Shown: piece after piece, positions 12,191 to 24,300 of the stretch
Numbering within the stretch: position 1 is the stretch's first letter
How the letters are laid out: each line of letters opens with the position of its first letter
Assembly (NCBI GenBank): GCA_024679065.1
Contig: JAGIQG010000022.1
Location: 5,952,001-6,016,000, forward strand
Length of the DNA stretch: 64,000 nt
Reading direction: 5' to 3'
Source of the DNA: Sphyrna mokarran
Taxonomy: Eukaryota
Notes under the pieces: generated by a model
Told to the model about the DNA's origin: nothing
Database searches by the model: none
The model's input: only the letters and a program-made list of their open reading frames with translations
Made by a program: the position numbers and the translations under genes

Positions 12191-14498
12191 ATAAGTTGCA
12201 GTGGAGCCTACAGTGTTCCAGTGTTGTGCAGAATGTTTAAAAATACCTGGTTTGGGTAGCAGTGAGCGTTCGTTGTAACGCAAAATCGGCTTCTGAAAGC
12301 TTTAAAAAGGGAGATATTGTAGGTTTATTTGAAGTGCTTTCATTTCTGATTGGACAATAATCTACCAAAGTAGATTTGTAAACACAGGATCAACTTCAGT
12401 GAGTTTGCAAAATGAAGCTGGTCTCCGGATAGAGAAGCAAGGGTTAGACCCCCTGTCACAATCACTGCCGTGAAACCAGAAAAGGATTATAACAAATAAC
12501 ATCTCATTATAGGAAAAATTTACAAATTGATTAAACGTCTCATTTAGTTGTGAATTTCGATATGCGTCTCAGTTATGAGCTGAATTGTCACTGACACAAT
12601 TCCAGGCACCATTTAGTTTCTACACTAAACGATATTTTCACATCCAGAATTGAAGAGGGAAAATTTGGGTGAGCAGGAAAATGAATACATTACATTGCGT
12701 TGAAAACCCCGATGTGGTTCTGATCAAATTAAGTTCCCAATGCAGTCGCTGCTGCTAATGCAAATAAATAATCCCTGGTCTGATAACTTTTTTTAACCAA
12801 GATACCGCCTCACGAAAAATGCAGGCCAAAAAAAAGTCAACCCAACAATTGTGCTTTTTCCACTGAGATTTCTCAACCTCCCCCTCCCCCGCCTTGCTAA
12901 AAATAATCAGCCCCCGCCCATCTTAAAGTGAGTAAGTGAAGGTGAGTGGATCAAATCAGAAAGAGTTCGAATAAACTGAACACAAATTACACTGAAATGT
13001 CTTCACATTCACTTTCCTCGGGACATCCAGTCAAGGGAATGACTTGTAATAAGGCGAAAACATCCTGAAACGGGACAAATATGTCTTAAGGTTGGCAGGT
13101 TAGTGCTGGAATCAATTCTTTTCCACAACCATGTCTCATTCCCTCCCAGCTTCTAGGTGTTTCGCCTATTTTGAGGTTTGCTGTAAGTGGCTGCCCACTC
13201 TCTCGCGAAAGGAAAGGTTTGAAATGAACATTGGCGACTCAACTGTGGAGAATAACGGTTTGACAGCTGATCAGATATCCTTACTACTGGCCTGGACTTT
13301 TAATCCTTCACTTCCAGTGGCTGAACGCCAAGGGTTTCAAAGATTGCCAAGTCAATACTGTATCTAAATCAAATTCTCATTCACAACCAACTCATTTCTT
13401 CCATGTTGCCAACTTCCCCCACTCTCCCCTCCGAAAAAAGCTTTAGATATTTCTAATCAAATTAATTTTGTTTTAAATCAGCCAGAGGCTTTATGAGCCA
13501 GTTCCAAGGAAGTCTCTAACCACAAGCTCCTTACAGCGCCCTCTCAATTCACTGAAGGTTCGGGTATTTGCTGAATTAGAGGCTTTGTGTTAGGGATACC
13601 TGCGAGCGGGGGACACAGAAGGTTCACAGGTTGCGTGAGAGCCTGGTTTTGGTTCAAATCTTATTCATCAGAAGTCAAAGACAGAGAGGAAACATCAGGA
13701 GTTGGATCCCCTCGCCGTCTCTTGTTATCACGGCGCTACATTTTATAGCCCTTTAACTCTTCATCCGCCTGAATCACCTCTATCAATATTATTATGCGAT
13801 ATATGTTATTCTGATTGAATGTCGGATGAAGCTAATTTTATTTCTAAAGTTCTTGATTACTCGGCGAGAAGATAATCATCTCTGCCTGTCCTCATAACAA
13901 CCTCAACTCGACTCCATTCACACCCAACAAGCCCATACCGCGAGCAATACAAAGATAGAGTCATCAATGAAAACAAAACCAGCTCAGAATGGAAAATGCT
14001 TCGTCTGACTGCCCTGAATCATTTTTTATCAGCTTCCCTAACCCCCGGCGCTTTCATTTCGCTGTATCAGTGGGTGAAACATATTTGAAAGTTATCTTAT
14101 TATCTACAGAAATTGAGACAAAATAAATCTTAATCACGGATTTCAGCCTGTTACGAACGAGTAGGCGCTGCCTCACATCTGGTTGGATGTAAATGATTGA
14201 GTGTTTCACCAGTTCAGTGGTGCGGAATTGTTGCTCTAACATTGGGAACGGGCCGCGCGATTCTCCGTGTAGAAGTTACAGAAGGTCTGGGATTTTCTAA
14301 CAGGAGCTAATAATACCCAATAATTAAAATATGAATTGAAATGATCCTAAATTATTTCAGAAACCCCGCTGGACAGTTTGCTTGGTAAAGCGTCCGAGAA
14401 CCCTGCTTATATTTAATACACAACTCTCTCAACATAGAGTCCAATTTATAATTTATATTGGGTTACTTATTGGAATCTTCATTTGAAATTTTTATTTC

Positions 14499-14890
14499 GA
14501 AGATACAAAAGTCTGAGGTCACGTACCAACCGACTCAATGGATCAACCTCGCACTAAATTGATCTTTCTTTACATCCTAGCTGTGACTGTAATTTGATTT
14601 GATTTATTATTGTCACATGTGTTAGTATACAATGAAAAGTATTGTTCCTTGCGCACGATACAGACAAAACATACCGCTCATAGAGAAGGAAAGAAGAGAG
14701 TGCAAAATGTGCAGTTATAGCTGGGGTGTAGAGAAAGATCAACTTAATGCAAGGTAGGTCCTTTCAAAAATCTGCACTCTCCTTTCCTTCTCTATGTACG
14801 GTATGCTTTGTCTGTATAGCACGCAAGAAACAATTCTTTTCACAGTATACTATGACGTGTGGAAATAATAAACCAAATCAAATCAAATTT
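14499..14890. mobile_element. Two nested Rex/Babar 3' ends in opposite orientation
   Basis: + strand piece 14499-14593 resumes at ~14771; a - strand copy occupies ~14594-14770. Confidence 0.75.
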
Positions 14891-15007
14891 CTGTTTAAAA
14901 TCCGCTGGTTCACTATATTCCCAGCGCAGTTATTATATAAACAGGTTTCACACGTTTAAGCTTCAATTAAAAGCTTGAAAAGCTAAACTCCTAAATATAA
15001 GGGGAAC

Positions 15008-15175
15008 ATCCAAAGATTAGGTTGATCGGCCGTGGAAAATTGCCCCTTAGTGTCGGGGGAGTAGTAGGGTAGATATGTGGGGTTACGGGCATACTGTCTG
15101 GGTGGGAATGTGGTCAATGCAGGCTCGATGGGCCAAATGGCCTCCTCCTGCACTCTCGGGACTCTATGATTCTAT
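15008..15175 (+). mobile_element. HE1-like SINE 3' half
   Basis: tccaaagat...aaattgccccttagtgtc...gggccaaatggcctcctcctgcact...ctatgattcta, matching 7780-7950. Confidence 0.8.
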
Positions 15176-16285
15176 CTCATTCACTTTGAAGAGGGAGTCT
15201 GGCGCTGCTAAAGACTGATGCTCTTTAAACTCTTCCTTTCATTGTTCAAAGCGATACAAGGAGATCGCCAATAACAATCCCCAAGGATGTCTTTCGGGCG
15301 ACATGTAGAAATGCGAAGAGATTAATCAAAAATTGCAATTGTTTTTTTGAACACTCGACCTCAGCCCGGCGTGTTCTGTATTCTCAGCTCCGGTTTCCAC
15401 GGTAGGGAGGCTGGTTGTTTGGAGCAGACACCGCATCGGGAATAAACAGAACCAGGGGTGGCCGGCCGTGGCGTCAAGCCATTCACCTCCGGAATGTTTC
15501 AGAAAATGTTCACCAGTATGTGAAAATAACATTTATATTACAACCAATTTAAGATAAATTACTTGTGTTTTTACACCTGAGAGTAGGCAGTATTCTAAAT
15601 AAATTCTGAAAGTGTGAATGAAATTAGATTGAGTGGAACACAGCGGCAAAATTTATCTTCCCATCTCCCGGACACGGGCAGGGTAAGAATTCTATTTATT
15701 GGAGCCGATTTGCCACCTGGAAGAGTTCATTCAACAGGAGGGATCCCCATTCACCACAAGCTGCCTCGGTGGGATTGGATATGACTTTTCCCCTCACGGA
15801 GGGGAAAGTGAAGAATATATTGTAAACGGGGACCTCACTTACTGCAGAGGCCATCAACCACTGAGGCTGGGGTGGGAGAGGGGCATTCACCAGAGTGGTC
15901 TTTTCACCGTGGGGACAATAGAAAACATCATGTTTATTAATCAGAAACTCATCTCAGATATTAGAGGGAACTCCTAAAGGGAATCTCCTTCGCAGCAGAG
16001 TATCTGGTTGACTGGGTAGGGTCTCACTGACAAGAGAGGATCTTCTTTAATGAGAATATATGGACTGGTGACCACTCAGTCCATGATGCGAGAATCATCA
16101 CCCAGTAGATAGGTTCTCATACAAAAAATTGTAAACAATTCATGAGAAAGGATCTCAAAACACCAGAGAAGATCTAATTCAATAAAGAGATCTCAGTAAA
16201 CTGTTGAATCCCAGTCTCTGGAGATGATTTCATATTTGGTGAAAATTTCACTGAGATCATTCACTGAGTGAGATTAGTATTAAAT

Positions 16286-16465
16286 AAGATTTCACTGGAT
16301 GAGATTTCACTGCATGAGATTTCATTGGATGGGATTTCACTGGATGAGATTTCATTGGATGGGATTTCACTGGATGAGATTTCATTGGATGGGATTTCAC
16401 TGGATGAGATTTCATTGGATGGGATTTCACTGGATTAGATTGCACTGGATGAGATTGCCCTGAAT
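16286..16465. repeat. 15-bp minisatellite, 12 units, with a 30-bp higher-order core
   Basis: Units GRGATTTCAYTGGAT; gagatttcattggat and gggatttcactggat alternate four times over 16316-16435. Confidence 0.95.
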
Positions 16466-17482
16466 TTTCTGATTTTCTGATTGCAGCAGCTTTTAACTAT
16501 TCATTAGTCAGGAACAGAAATTCCTATATTGATCAGATTTTTAATCAAGAACATTTGGCAATATGTTGCTAGAATCAACTCCCTGTCCAACAATCCCATG
16601 AATTACAGGAAACATAAAATGTGTACGGATATGTGCTGATATGTAAACAAGTCCCAAACAACTGTGATTGAGCAGCATTGTAAAAGACATGTTATATTGA
16701 TGATATGACAGGAGACTTGTTCATCTTGCATTGATATCAGATGAACAGTATGTTAATGCCCTGGTTGATTATACTAACTGTATAGTGATGGTACACTAAT
16801 GTTACGTGAACAGTCCATTATTAGTATATGAATGATGTGTTCATGACTGATGAATCATAAAGAAATGCTTCATTTGAAAATTCTCGAAAGAAATTTCATT
16901 TACACAAAGATAGAAAATGATCAAAAATCAAATTTACTAAACTTTTTCCTTATTTATATTTCCTGTCCTATGAATGTATATTGTTGAATTCTGTGCTAGC
17001 TGCTGAACCTCACAGGGTAAGTTATTTACTTGGTCCAATAGCCCAGTTGATTTAGTTGTCCTATTGTGATACCTGTTTTTGTAATTGAGTCTATTGAAAT
17101 ATAAATAAGAAATATTGAATTGACTAGAGTCAAGAATTTAGGGAATGTTGCCTGTCCATGTCTAGAGTTTGTTTTAGTCACTGTAATTTGCTTTTCCCAG
17201 AACTACCAAAGCCTCCTCCTCAGTTGGACATCTGGTGTAGGTTCTTCTTATATTGGTTTTCCCATTTCACAGATGGTCAGGTATAGGTTGTTTGAAACTT
17301 TTGGCAGACTCATGATGTGTGATCATAAGCTGCAATCCCCAATTTGTCGCTGGAAATGGACATTATCTATCTCTTTAAATGAACACAGTTATCAGTCCTA
17401 ACCTCTTCCCTGTGTATAGATACAAGCCACTGTCTCCTTGCTAGACAAAGAAACCAGACCCAATCTTTTCTCTGGCCACAGA

Positions 17483-17575
17483 CATACAAAATAGGAACAG
17501 AAATAAGCCATTTGGCCTCCTTCATCTGCTCTGCCATTTGACAGGATCACGGCTGATCAGTGTTTCAACTTCACA
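17483..17575 (-). mobile_element. CR1 3' tail fragment
   Basis: ataggaacagaaataagccatttggcctcc...ctgctctgccattt...gatcacggctgatc is the reverse of the CR1 tail at 6640-6720. Confidence 0.7.
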
Positions 17576-17971
17576 TTCCCATCATCGGTCCCCTCTTCCG
17601 ATAAACTTTGTAACAATCCGAGCAGGACTCAAATCTGTAATCTGCTTGTAACATTATAATTCATATCAAAGTCAAATACCGTTTTCATGCCCAGGGAAGG
17701 GACAGGACTGGTCACATGCCTAATGGATAAGTACCTACTGTCAATGAGCTGCACTGTAATGAAGGAGATCCTCTTTCGTCACTGAGATGTGCTTCATCTC
17801 CTTTTTAGTCAATAAGATTCTCTGTTGTAAATGAGATTCCCTCTAACAATAAGATTCTCTTCAGCATCTGAAATTCTACATAGTGGATGACTTCCCATCT
17901 AGTGAGGTTCTCTTTCATAAAAAGAGGACTTCTATTGCCCTTATTTAAAAGATTATGGATGGGAATGTATG

Positions 17972-18500
17972 ACAACAAACATGCATTTATTTATCACCTA
18001 CAGCATAGTGAAATGTCCCAAGGAATTTCACAGGAACCTTATTAAACAAAATGAATGCCAAGTCGTATTTGAAGAAACATGGATGGGTTTCTTACGGTAG
18101 GTTCTCAGGCATCTGCTAAATGAAGGTGGATAGATTTAAGGAGAGAATTCTAGAGCCTGGTAATAGGTGGCTGAAGCGGAACCACCAAAGGGAATGTGAT
18201 TAAAATCGAAGATGCTCAAGAAATCTGAATTGATGGACTGCAATTATCACAGAAAGTTACTGGGCTGGAGGAAGTTACAAAGGACAGAGAGGGATAAGGT
18301 CTTGAAAGGATATGAGCACAAGGTTCAGAATTTTAAAATTGAGATATTAAAGGACTGGGAGCCAATGTCTTTCAGCAATACAGGGGCCTTGGGTGAAGAG
18401 GATTTTATATGATTTGAAGTTTTGGATGGAGTTTGCAGTATGAAAGATAGGAAGATGGATTAGGAGAGAATTTAAAATGATCAAAGTATCAGATGAGAGA
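17972..18500 (-). mobile_element. Old L2-type LINE 3' fragment
   Basis: acaacaaacatgcatttatttatcacct...tgtcccaagg tail followed by decayed ORF2-like sequence; interrupted at 18504 by the MITE-like element. Confidence 0.5.
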
Positions 18501-18503
18501 CAA

Positions 18504-18631
18504 TGGCCAGAATTTTACCACAACGCATGCCCCGGAATCAGGGTGGGTGCAGCTTACCGAATGGAATTCTCTGTTGGCCTCAGGCAGGAATTTATGAACT
18601 TCACCCAAATGAGGTCATAAAGCCCCAGCCA
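18504..18631 (+). mobile_element. MITE-like element
   Basis: Starts tggccagaattttacc and ends cataaagccccagcca (imperfect terminal inverted repeats); homologous to 22741-22850. Confidence 0.6.
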
Positions 18632-20329
18632 GGGTGCGAGCAACACCTCAAAGCAGAGGCATTCATGTTGAACCTTCATCCCGACACAAGTCTGGAAGCT
18701 AAATTAGGATCAATTAGAAACACAATTCCCCCTGAAAAGGGGAAAGTCTCTTGTGAAATATTGGAATTGTAAGTATTCCTTACATTTCAGCCAGACAGTG
18801 ACCTAGCAACTTAGGAGCTGATGCAATAACTAACACAATCCATATCCAATGAGATTTCACATATCCCATTTCCAAGCATGAACATTAAGTACTCTGTACC
18901 CAATATTTTATACATATCCCTTCTGTACCCAGTGGAACTTCACTTTTTCAGTTTGTACACTATAAGAGTGCACATACTCCTGGTGCTGTGTACAGGGAGG
19001 TTACAAATAAACCTCTTCTATCATAGAAGGCACCTCTAAACACACTTACTCTGTATTCAATTCATTCCCAGTAGTATCCAATATATTAACTCTATTCTCA
19101 ATGGGATTGTAGTTACACGTATTAATTTTTTACCCAATCCACTTACACATACCTAGTCTGTACTAAATGTGATAACATTTTTTCCTCGCGCAACATTGAA
19201 GGCTGAAGGGCCTGTTCTGTGCTGTAATGTTCTATTATGTATACACTGAATAGAAAATCTCTACTGTTTGTCCAAGGCTTATATAGTCATTTTTTTATTG
19301 ATAGGTAATTTGGAATAAATTCCCACTCAATTCTCAGTAAACGGTGTACTTATTTGCTGTCAAGCATAAACCAGTGTGAAGGAATTCTTTACTCATTGTG
19401 ACAATTTATAAAGTAGGGCCATCAATCAGCTGCTACTGAGGCTGTTCTACATCAAAGCACAAACATATCATTATTCAGTTATGAACTTCATCAGTGATCT
19501 GAATCAAGTCATTTTGTCACATACATAACATCGAACTATCTGAAAAACTGATAGCCTTCAATCCCTTCAAATGCACATTGACTTTAAAACGTCAGTTACA
19601 TGTGGAGCAGGTTCTTGAGAAAGCCTAATATTACCCTTGATATAGATAATCCACTTTCAAAATGAAATCGTTTGTAATAAGTATATAATATGATAATTGC
19701 ATTATTGTTTATATAGAACCCAAACACTTTAATAATTCATTATTTTTTTAAATCCAGTAACTGGTTTCAGGTAGGGATATGGGAAACACATTCCACTAAT
19801 AGCGGTTGGTATTTTCTGCAATTGTCTAAGTCAGGGACACAAGGTGATTTCTTCACTCTCCCTTGAATAGTGCAATGGAATATTTTAGTAGCAATTTTAG
19901 CCAACACATCTGGAGTCTTCCAACACTCAGCATTCTTGGTCTGAGTGTTAAATGTACGAGTATTAAATACGTGACTTCGAATCTGCTGAATCCATAGAAC
20001 AATAGTTTTACCAATTCAACTAAAGAAGTATTTGGGGTTTGTCAAGAAATTTTAAAGGTTACTGAGGAAGGTTTGGTTTAGGAGATGTTTTGCAGGGAGG
20101 CACTTATTAGTGGATTGATGTGTTTTTTGCTTTCTGATGATTACATTGGGAAATTTGTACTGGGCGGCTTTCACAGGTTGTTTTCTTTGTGTATGTGGGG
20201 ACATGCACTGGTAAATGTGTGCTGGGAGAGAAGGGGAGTTTTTGAGAGTTGTTTTAATGGAAGGCTTGCAATAGGATGGTGCCTCGAACAGAGATTGTTC
20301 CAGCAGCAAACTGTGTATCTGAGTGTACG

Positions 20330-20346
20330 TGTTGTGTATGTGCCTA

Positions 20347-20379
<33 letters not shown>

Positions 20380-20400
20380 GTGTATGTGCGTGTAAGTGTG
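20330..20400. repeat. (TG)n microsatellite running into an assembly gap
   Basis: Directly visible. Confidence 0.95.
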
Positions 20401-20543
20401 NNNNNNNNNNNNNNNNNNNNNNNNNNNNNNNNNNNNNNNNNNNNNNNNNNNNNNNNNNNNNNNNNNNNNNNNNNNNNNNNNNNNNNNNNNNNNNNNNNNN
20501 NNNNNNNNNNNNNNNNNNNNNNNNNNNNNNNNNNNNNNNNNNN
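20401..20543. other. Assembly gap (143 N)
   Basis: Run of N. Confidence 1.
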
Positions 20544-20879
20544 TAAGAGCAGAGAAACAACAGCCTCAGAAAGCTGATAGAAAGATCAGAGGTACTGATG
20601 AAGTAAACCTGGTAATGTTCACCAATATATCAGCTGAAAGCACCACCAGCAATGGGATTAATCAGAGTGGAGCTGCTGTATCACACACACTGTGCCACTC
20701 ACCCTGTGTCTCGCGTAATTGCTGTGTCCTTTGTTGCCAACTAAGGTGGGCACTGGGCTAAAATTCCGATGAAGCATTTCTCTTTCAAGACTGCTGTAAA
20801 TTTTCAATCTTCTCACATTTTATTGTCATCCCTTAATCTGCGTATTTGCAACAATTTATAACAAAATAATCCTACCCAC

Positions 20880-21134
20880 AGCAGCACTGTGGTTAGCACT
20901 GCTGCCTCACAGTGCCAGGGACCTGGGTTCAAATCCCAGCTTGGGCAACTGTCCATATGGAGTCTGCATGTTTTCCCCATGACTGTGTGGGTTTCCTCCC
21001 ACAGTCTGGAAGACTGCGTTAGGTGCATTGCTCCAAACAGGCGCCCGAGTGTGGCAACTATGGGAATTTCACAGTAACTCAATTGCAGTGATGATGCGAA
21101 CCTTACTTGTGACTAATACATAAACTTTACTTTA
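20880..21134 (+). mobile_element. V-SINE variant
   Basis: gcagcactgtggttagcactgctgcctcacagtgccagggacctgggttcaaatccc head; tail ccttacttgtgactaatacataaactttacttta. Confidence 0.85.
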
Positions 21135-21689
21135 TCCCGTACCCATATTGTTTGTAAAATGAATAGATTAAAACATCTGAACTGAAAATGAAGTAATTTG
21201 TAACATTTGTATTTACTATTTGTGGCGGGACAGTGCGTTCCGCTTTAACGCTGTGTTTACAATAAAGAATTGGCAACAATCCTTCAGAATCTTGTGCATG
21301 AAGTTGACTTTGATGGTAAAACGTATCTGTCTATTTTAATCTGACAACTGGATTGCTAAAACAAAACTCTTTAGAAAAACATCCTGCACCTTTCCCGGAA
21401 ATCCATTCGCTTGGCTTTGAAAATCCGGATTAGAATCATTCCTCAACCCATCTTCCCACCTCTAATTTAGCAGGAATGGTTTGGGAATGGGAGGCATAAG
21501 GGCCCCGCCTCAAGCTGTCACATTTTCTTTCCCTGATCGGCACAAGACCCTTCCCATCTCAGCTCACTGCTAACCCACAATCCCCAATGGCTGGCAAAGT
21601 GAAACTTGGTGTGTAGTTTTCTTTGGGGGTGGAGGGCGGGGGGAACAGGAACATTATATATTGTTATCTAAACAATTCATATATAAACC

Positions 21690-21752
21690 CATATAATTAT
21701 AATTATATATTATATATTAATTATATATATAATATATAATTTATATATATAA
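21690..21752. repeat. AT-only low-complexity palindrome
   Basis: 21701-21717 is the reverse complement of 21725-21741. Confidence 0.85.
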
Positions 21753-22740
21753 AATTTCATAAGATGTTGATTTAACAAATGCAACATGTTACCTCACTGG
21801 CGAGTCTGAGAAACTGGGCTCCCAGGTGTTGGGCCGATAGGTCTGCGGCGGATGGCTCACCTGAGAAACCGCCTGATGGTGTGGCATTCAGGTGATCAGA
21901 GGGGCCGAATGGCCTTCTTCGTCGCAACTGATCGAGTGACAGTTGTAGAATCTGGCAATGCCGAACATTTCACTCTGTCTCCCCAGTTAAATTCCTGTTG
22001 GGGTTGAGTGGCGGAGGCGCTGGGGGAAGTTAGTGTATGGGGGTGAAAGGGAATTTAGCATCACCCCCCCTCCTTCCCAGGGGCAATTAGGGATGGGCAA
22101 GAAATAGTGGCCCAGCCAATGACTCCCAGATTCTCGAAAGAATGAAAATAACAACCTCCGAGGGTGCGAGGCGAAAGAGGAAGGAAATATTGATTGAATC
22201 GCCCGAAGGTCTCCAAGAAAGAGTTTTTGATACATTTCGTAGAACAGCTTCTCTCCATTCTGAAATGTGTGCCTGGAGTATTGGGGCGCTCTCTCTAACC
22301 CGGTGTCTTCAATCTGCGCTGATATTAAAACTCATCCATCACCCACTCGCCTTCTTTCCAAAAATCACACACAATTGAAGTTTTGTCAGATACTCCAGCT
22401 TCCCGGCCCCATTCCCCGGCCATTCCGGGCTCTTCACTGATGCAGAGAGGTCAGTTGTTACATGGAGATCCCTGGGGAACCCGCAGCTCTTTCCAGTGTG
22501 TAAAAAACTGACTGGATTGGAACAAAAACTATCACTGAAGGAATCTCTTCTTCCCGCTATTTCCTACATTAACACATTCACTGAGGTGCTTTGGGTATTT
22601 GGCGAAAGTTTTGGCGACTTCACCCCCATTGCAAGTCTGGAACTCAGTCCCTCAAAAGCCTGTTTCAGGCCAGGAGTTCACTGAGAAAATGCTGAATGTG
22701 TTTGGGTAAAGTTATTACGGCAGAGAGCAGTAGTTAAATT

Positions 22741-22850
22741 TGGCCGGAATTTTACCTCCTCGCCCGCCCCGAAATCGGGCGAGGCTCGCGGAACTGAAAT
22801 CTCTGTTGATCTCGGGCGTGATTTTACGATCCCGTCCGAGCGAGGTTAAA
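22741..22850 (+). mobile_element. MITE-like element, CpG-retaining copy
   Basis: tggccggaattttacc...tctctgttgatctcgggcgtgattttacg; homologous to 18504-18631. Confidence 0.6.
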
Positions 22851-23699
22851 ACTGCAGATCATTCATGATTCGAGGGGCTGAATGGCCTTTTTTCTATTAG
22901 AATGCTGGATCTGCGAGTGTTTGCCACCTTTGTAAACCTGACTATTGGAAGATGAGAGCCAGGTTGTGGTTCTAGTTTCAACAACAAACAAGATGCTATA
23001 TTAAAACAAACTTTACATATCATCATGTGAAATTATCAAATCATCAAATGTCCAAATGGAAAGAAAGTGCGTCCCTGCCCCCTCCCGCAAGAGGACTGAA
23101 CACTGGAAAAAAAAACAACTTGCATTGATGTAGCGCCTTTAAGTGAGCAGCATGTGCTGAGGGCACGGGCAGGGAGCAAGTTATCTCCAATCTCATTGGA
23201 TTCCCCCCTAATCTGTTTCGGATTCCTTTCACCTCCTGCTTAAAGGATTAACCGTGGGGCGGGGGGGGGGGGGCGACGCGGGCGGGAGAGAGAGACTGAT
23301 AAACTCAGAAGCACAAGGATCGGATTATTACTGTGAAAACATTTAATATTCTCACAAAAACAAAACATCGTTGCAGGGAATTCATCCCCATTTTCAGATA
23401 TCGATATCTGTCCCGAGACAATTGGCACTGGAGATTGTTTTATATCAAACTGTGACAAATGATAATAGATTCTGGTTGTATTGAATGAAAATAATGGCAT
23501 TTCCTCCTAAATATTCTTAAACACAAAATGAAGAAATAACGGATGGCAGAGCGAGAGGAATTGTACTCTTGTACAATCTCAGCCCTGGTTTCAGATTTGG
23601 GTATTAATTATTCTGGCAATCCTTTCCATTTAATCCTTCCACGGTTCCCGCAATTGGGAGGCAAGTCACGCACAGATTGGATTGTGATAAAAGATTTGC

Positions 23700-24300
23700 C
23701 CGGGTCAGCGGCATTGCTGTCGCCAGATCTTGAATCAACTGGTTAGAAATGGGGAGTGGTTTCTCTGGGCTGAACCGGTTGATGTTCTCGGATGTTGGGT
23801 GGGGAGGGAAATGTCCAGCCCTAACCCTCGGTGTCAGCCGCTGATTCTCTCCTATTCCTTGATCAAAGACACCGGCCAGGGGACTGATTGGAGCCGGAGC
23901 CGCTCCCAGCGCAGCGACAATGAGCCGCGGCCGAGCCTCCCTCACTCCCCCTCCGCCGCTCCCCCTCTGCCCCGGGGGCTGTTCCCTCCCGCCAGCGGCC
24001 CCGGTTCCAGCTCCGCCGCCGCTGGAATCCTCTCTTCATTCGGCCCAATAGACAGCCGTGAGCCAAGAGCCAGAGGCCACTGGTCAGACTTTTAATTGAA
24101 AATAAATCCACCTGCTCCACCATTCAACTGATTTACAAGCGGGTCAGAGTTGGCGGATCAAAGACAGCGGGAGACTGTTAATAAAATTTCCCCATCCGTG
24201 GCAGTTTTGTGCACATTTCTGTACCGAGTCTGCTGTGAAGCCGCCTCTGTCCCACTTCGCAGACCCCTGAGAATCCCAGTGCTGCCGTGATGAGTTAGTC
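23700..24300. promoter_or_regulatory. CpG island / candidate distal enhancer
   Basis: High GC and CpG density, no recognisable repeat, clustered TCF and PBX-HOX-type motifs (see findings). Confidence 0.55.

Noticed and set aside
15699-15977. 92-aa ORF with EEFIQQEGS, faintly like BCAS3 ELQREGS
   Set aside because: The similarity does not extend and there is no convincing splice acceptor.
16257-16445. KSHPM/KSHPV pentapeptide-repeat ORF; superficially CRISPR-like periodicity
   Set aside because: Head-to-tail 15-bp repeat without unique spacers, in a vertebrate genome; the open frame follows from the unit length.
20085-20761. ORFs spanning the N gap
   Set aside because: Artefacts of translating N and (TG)n.
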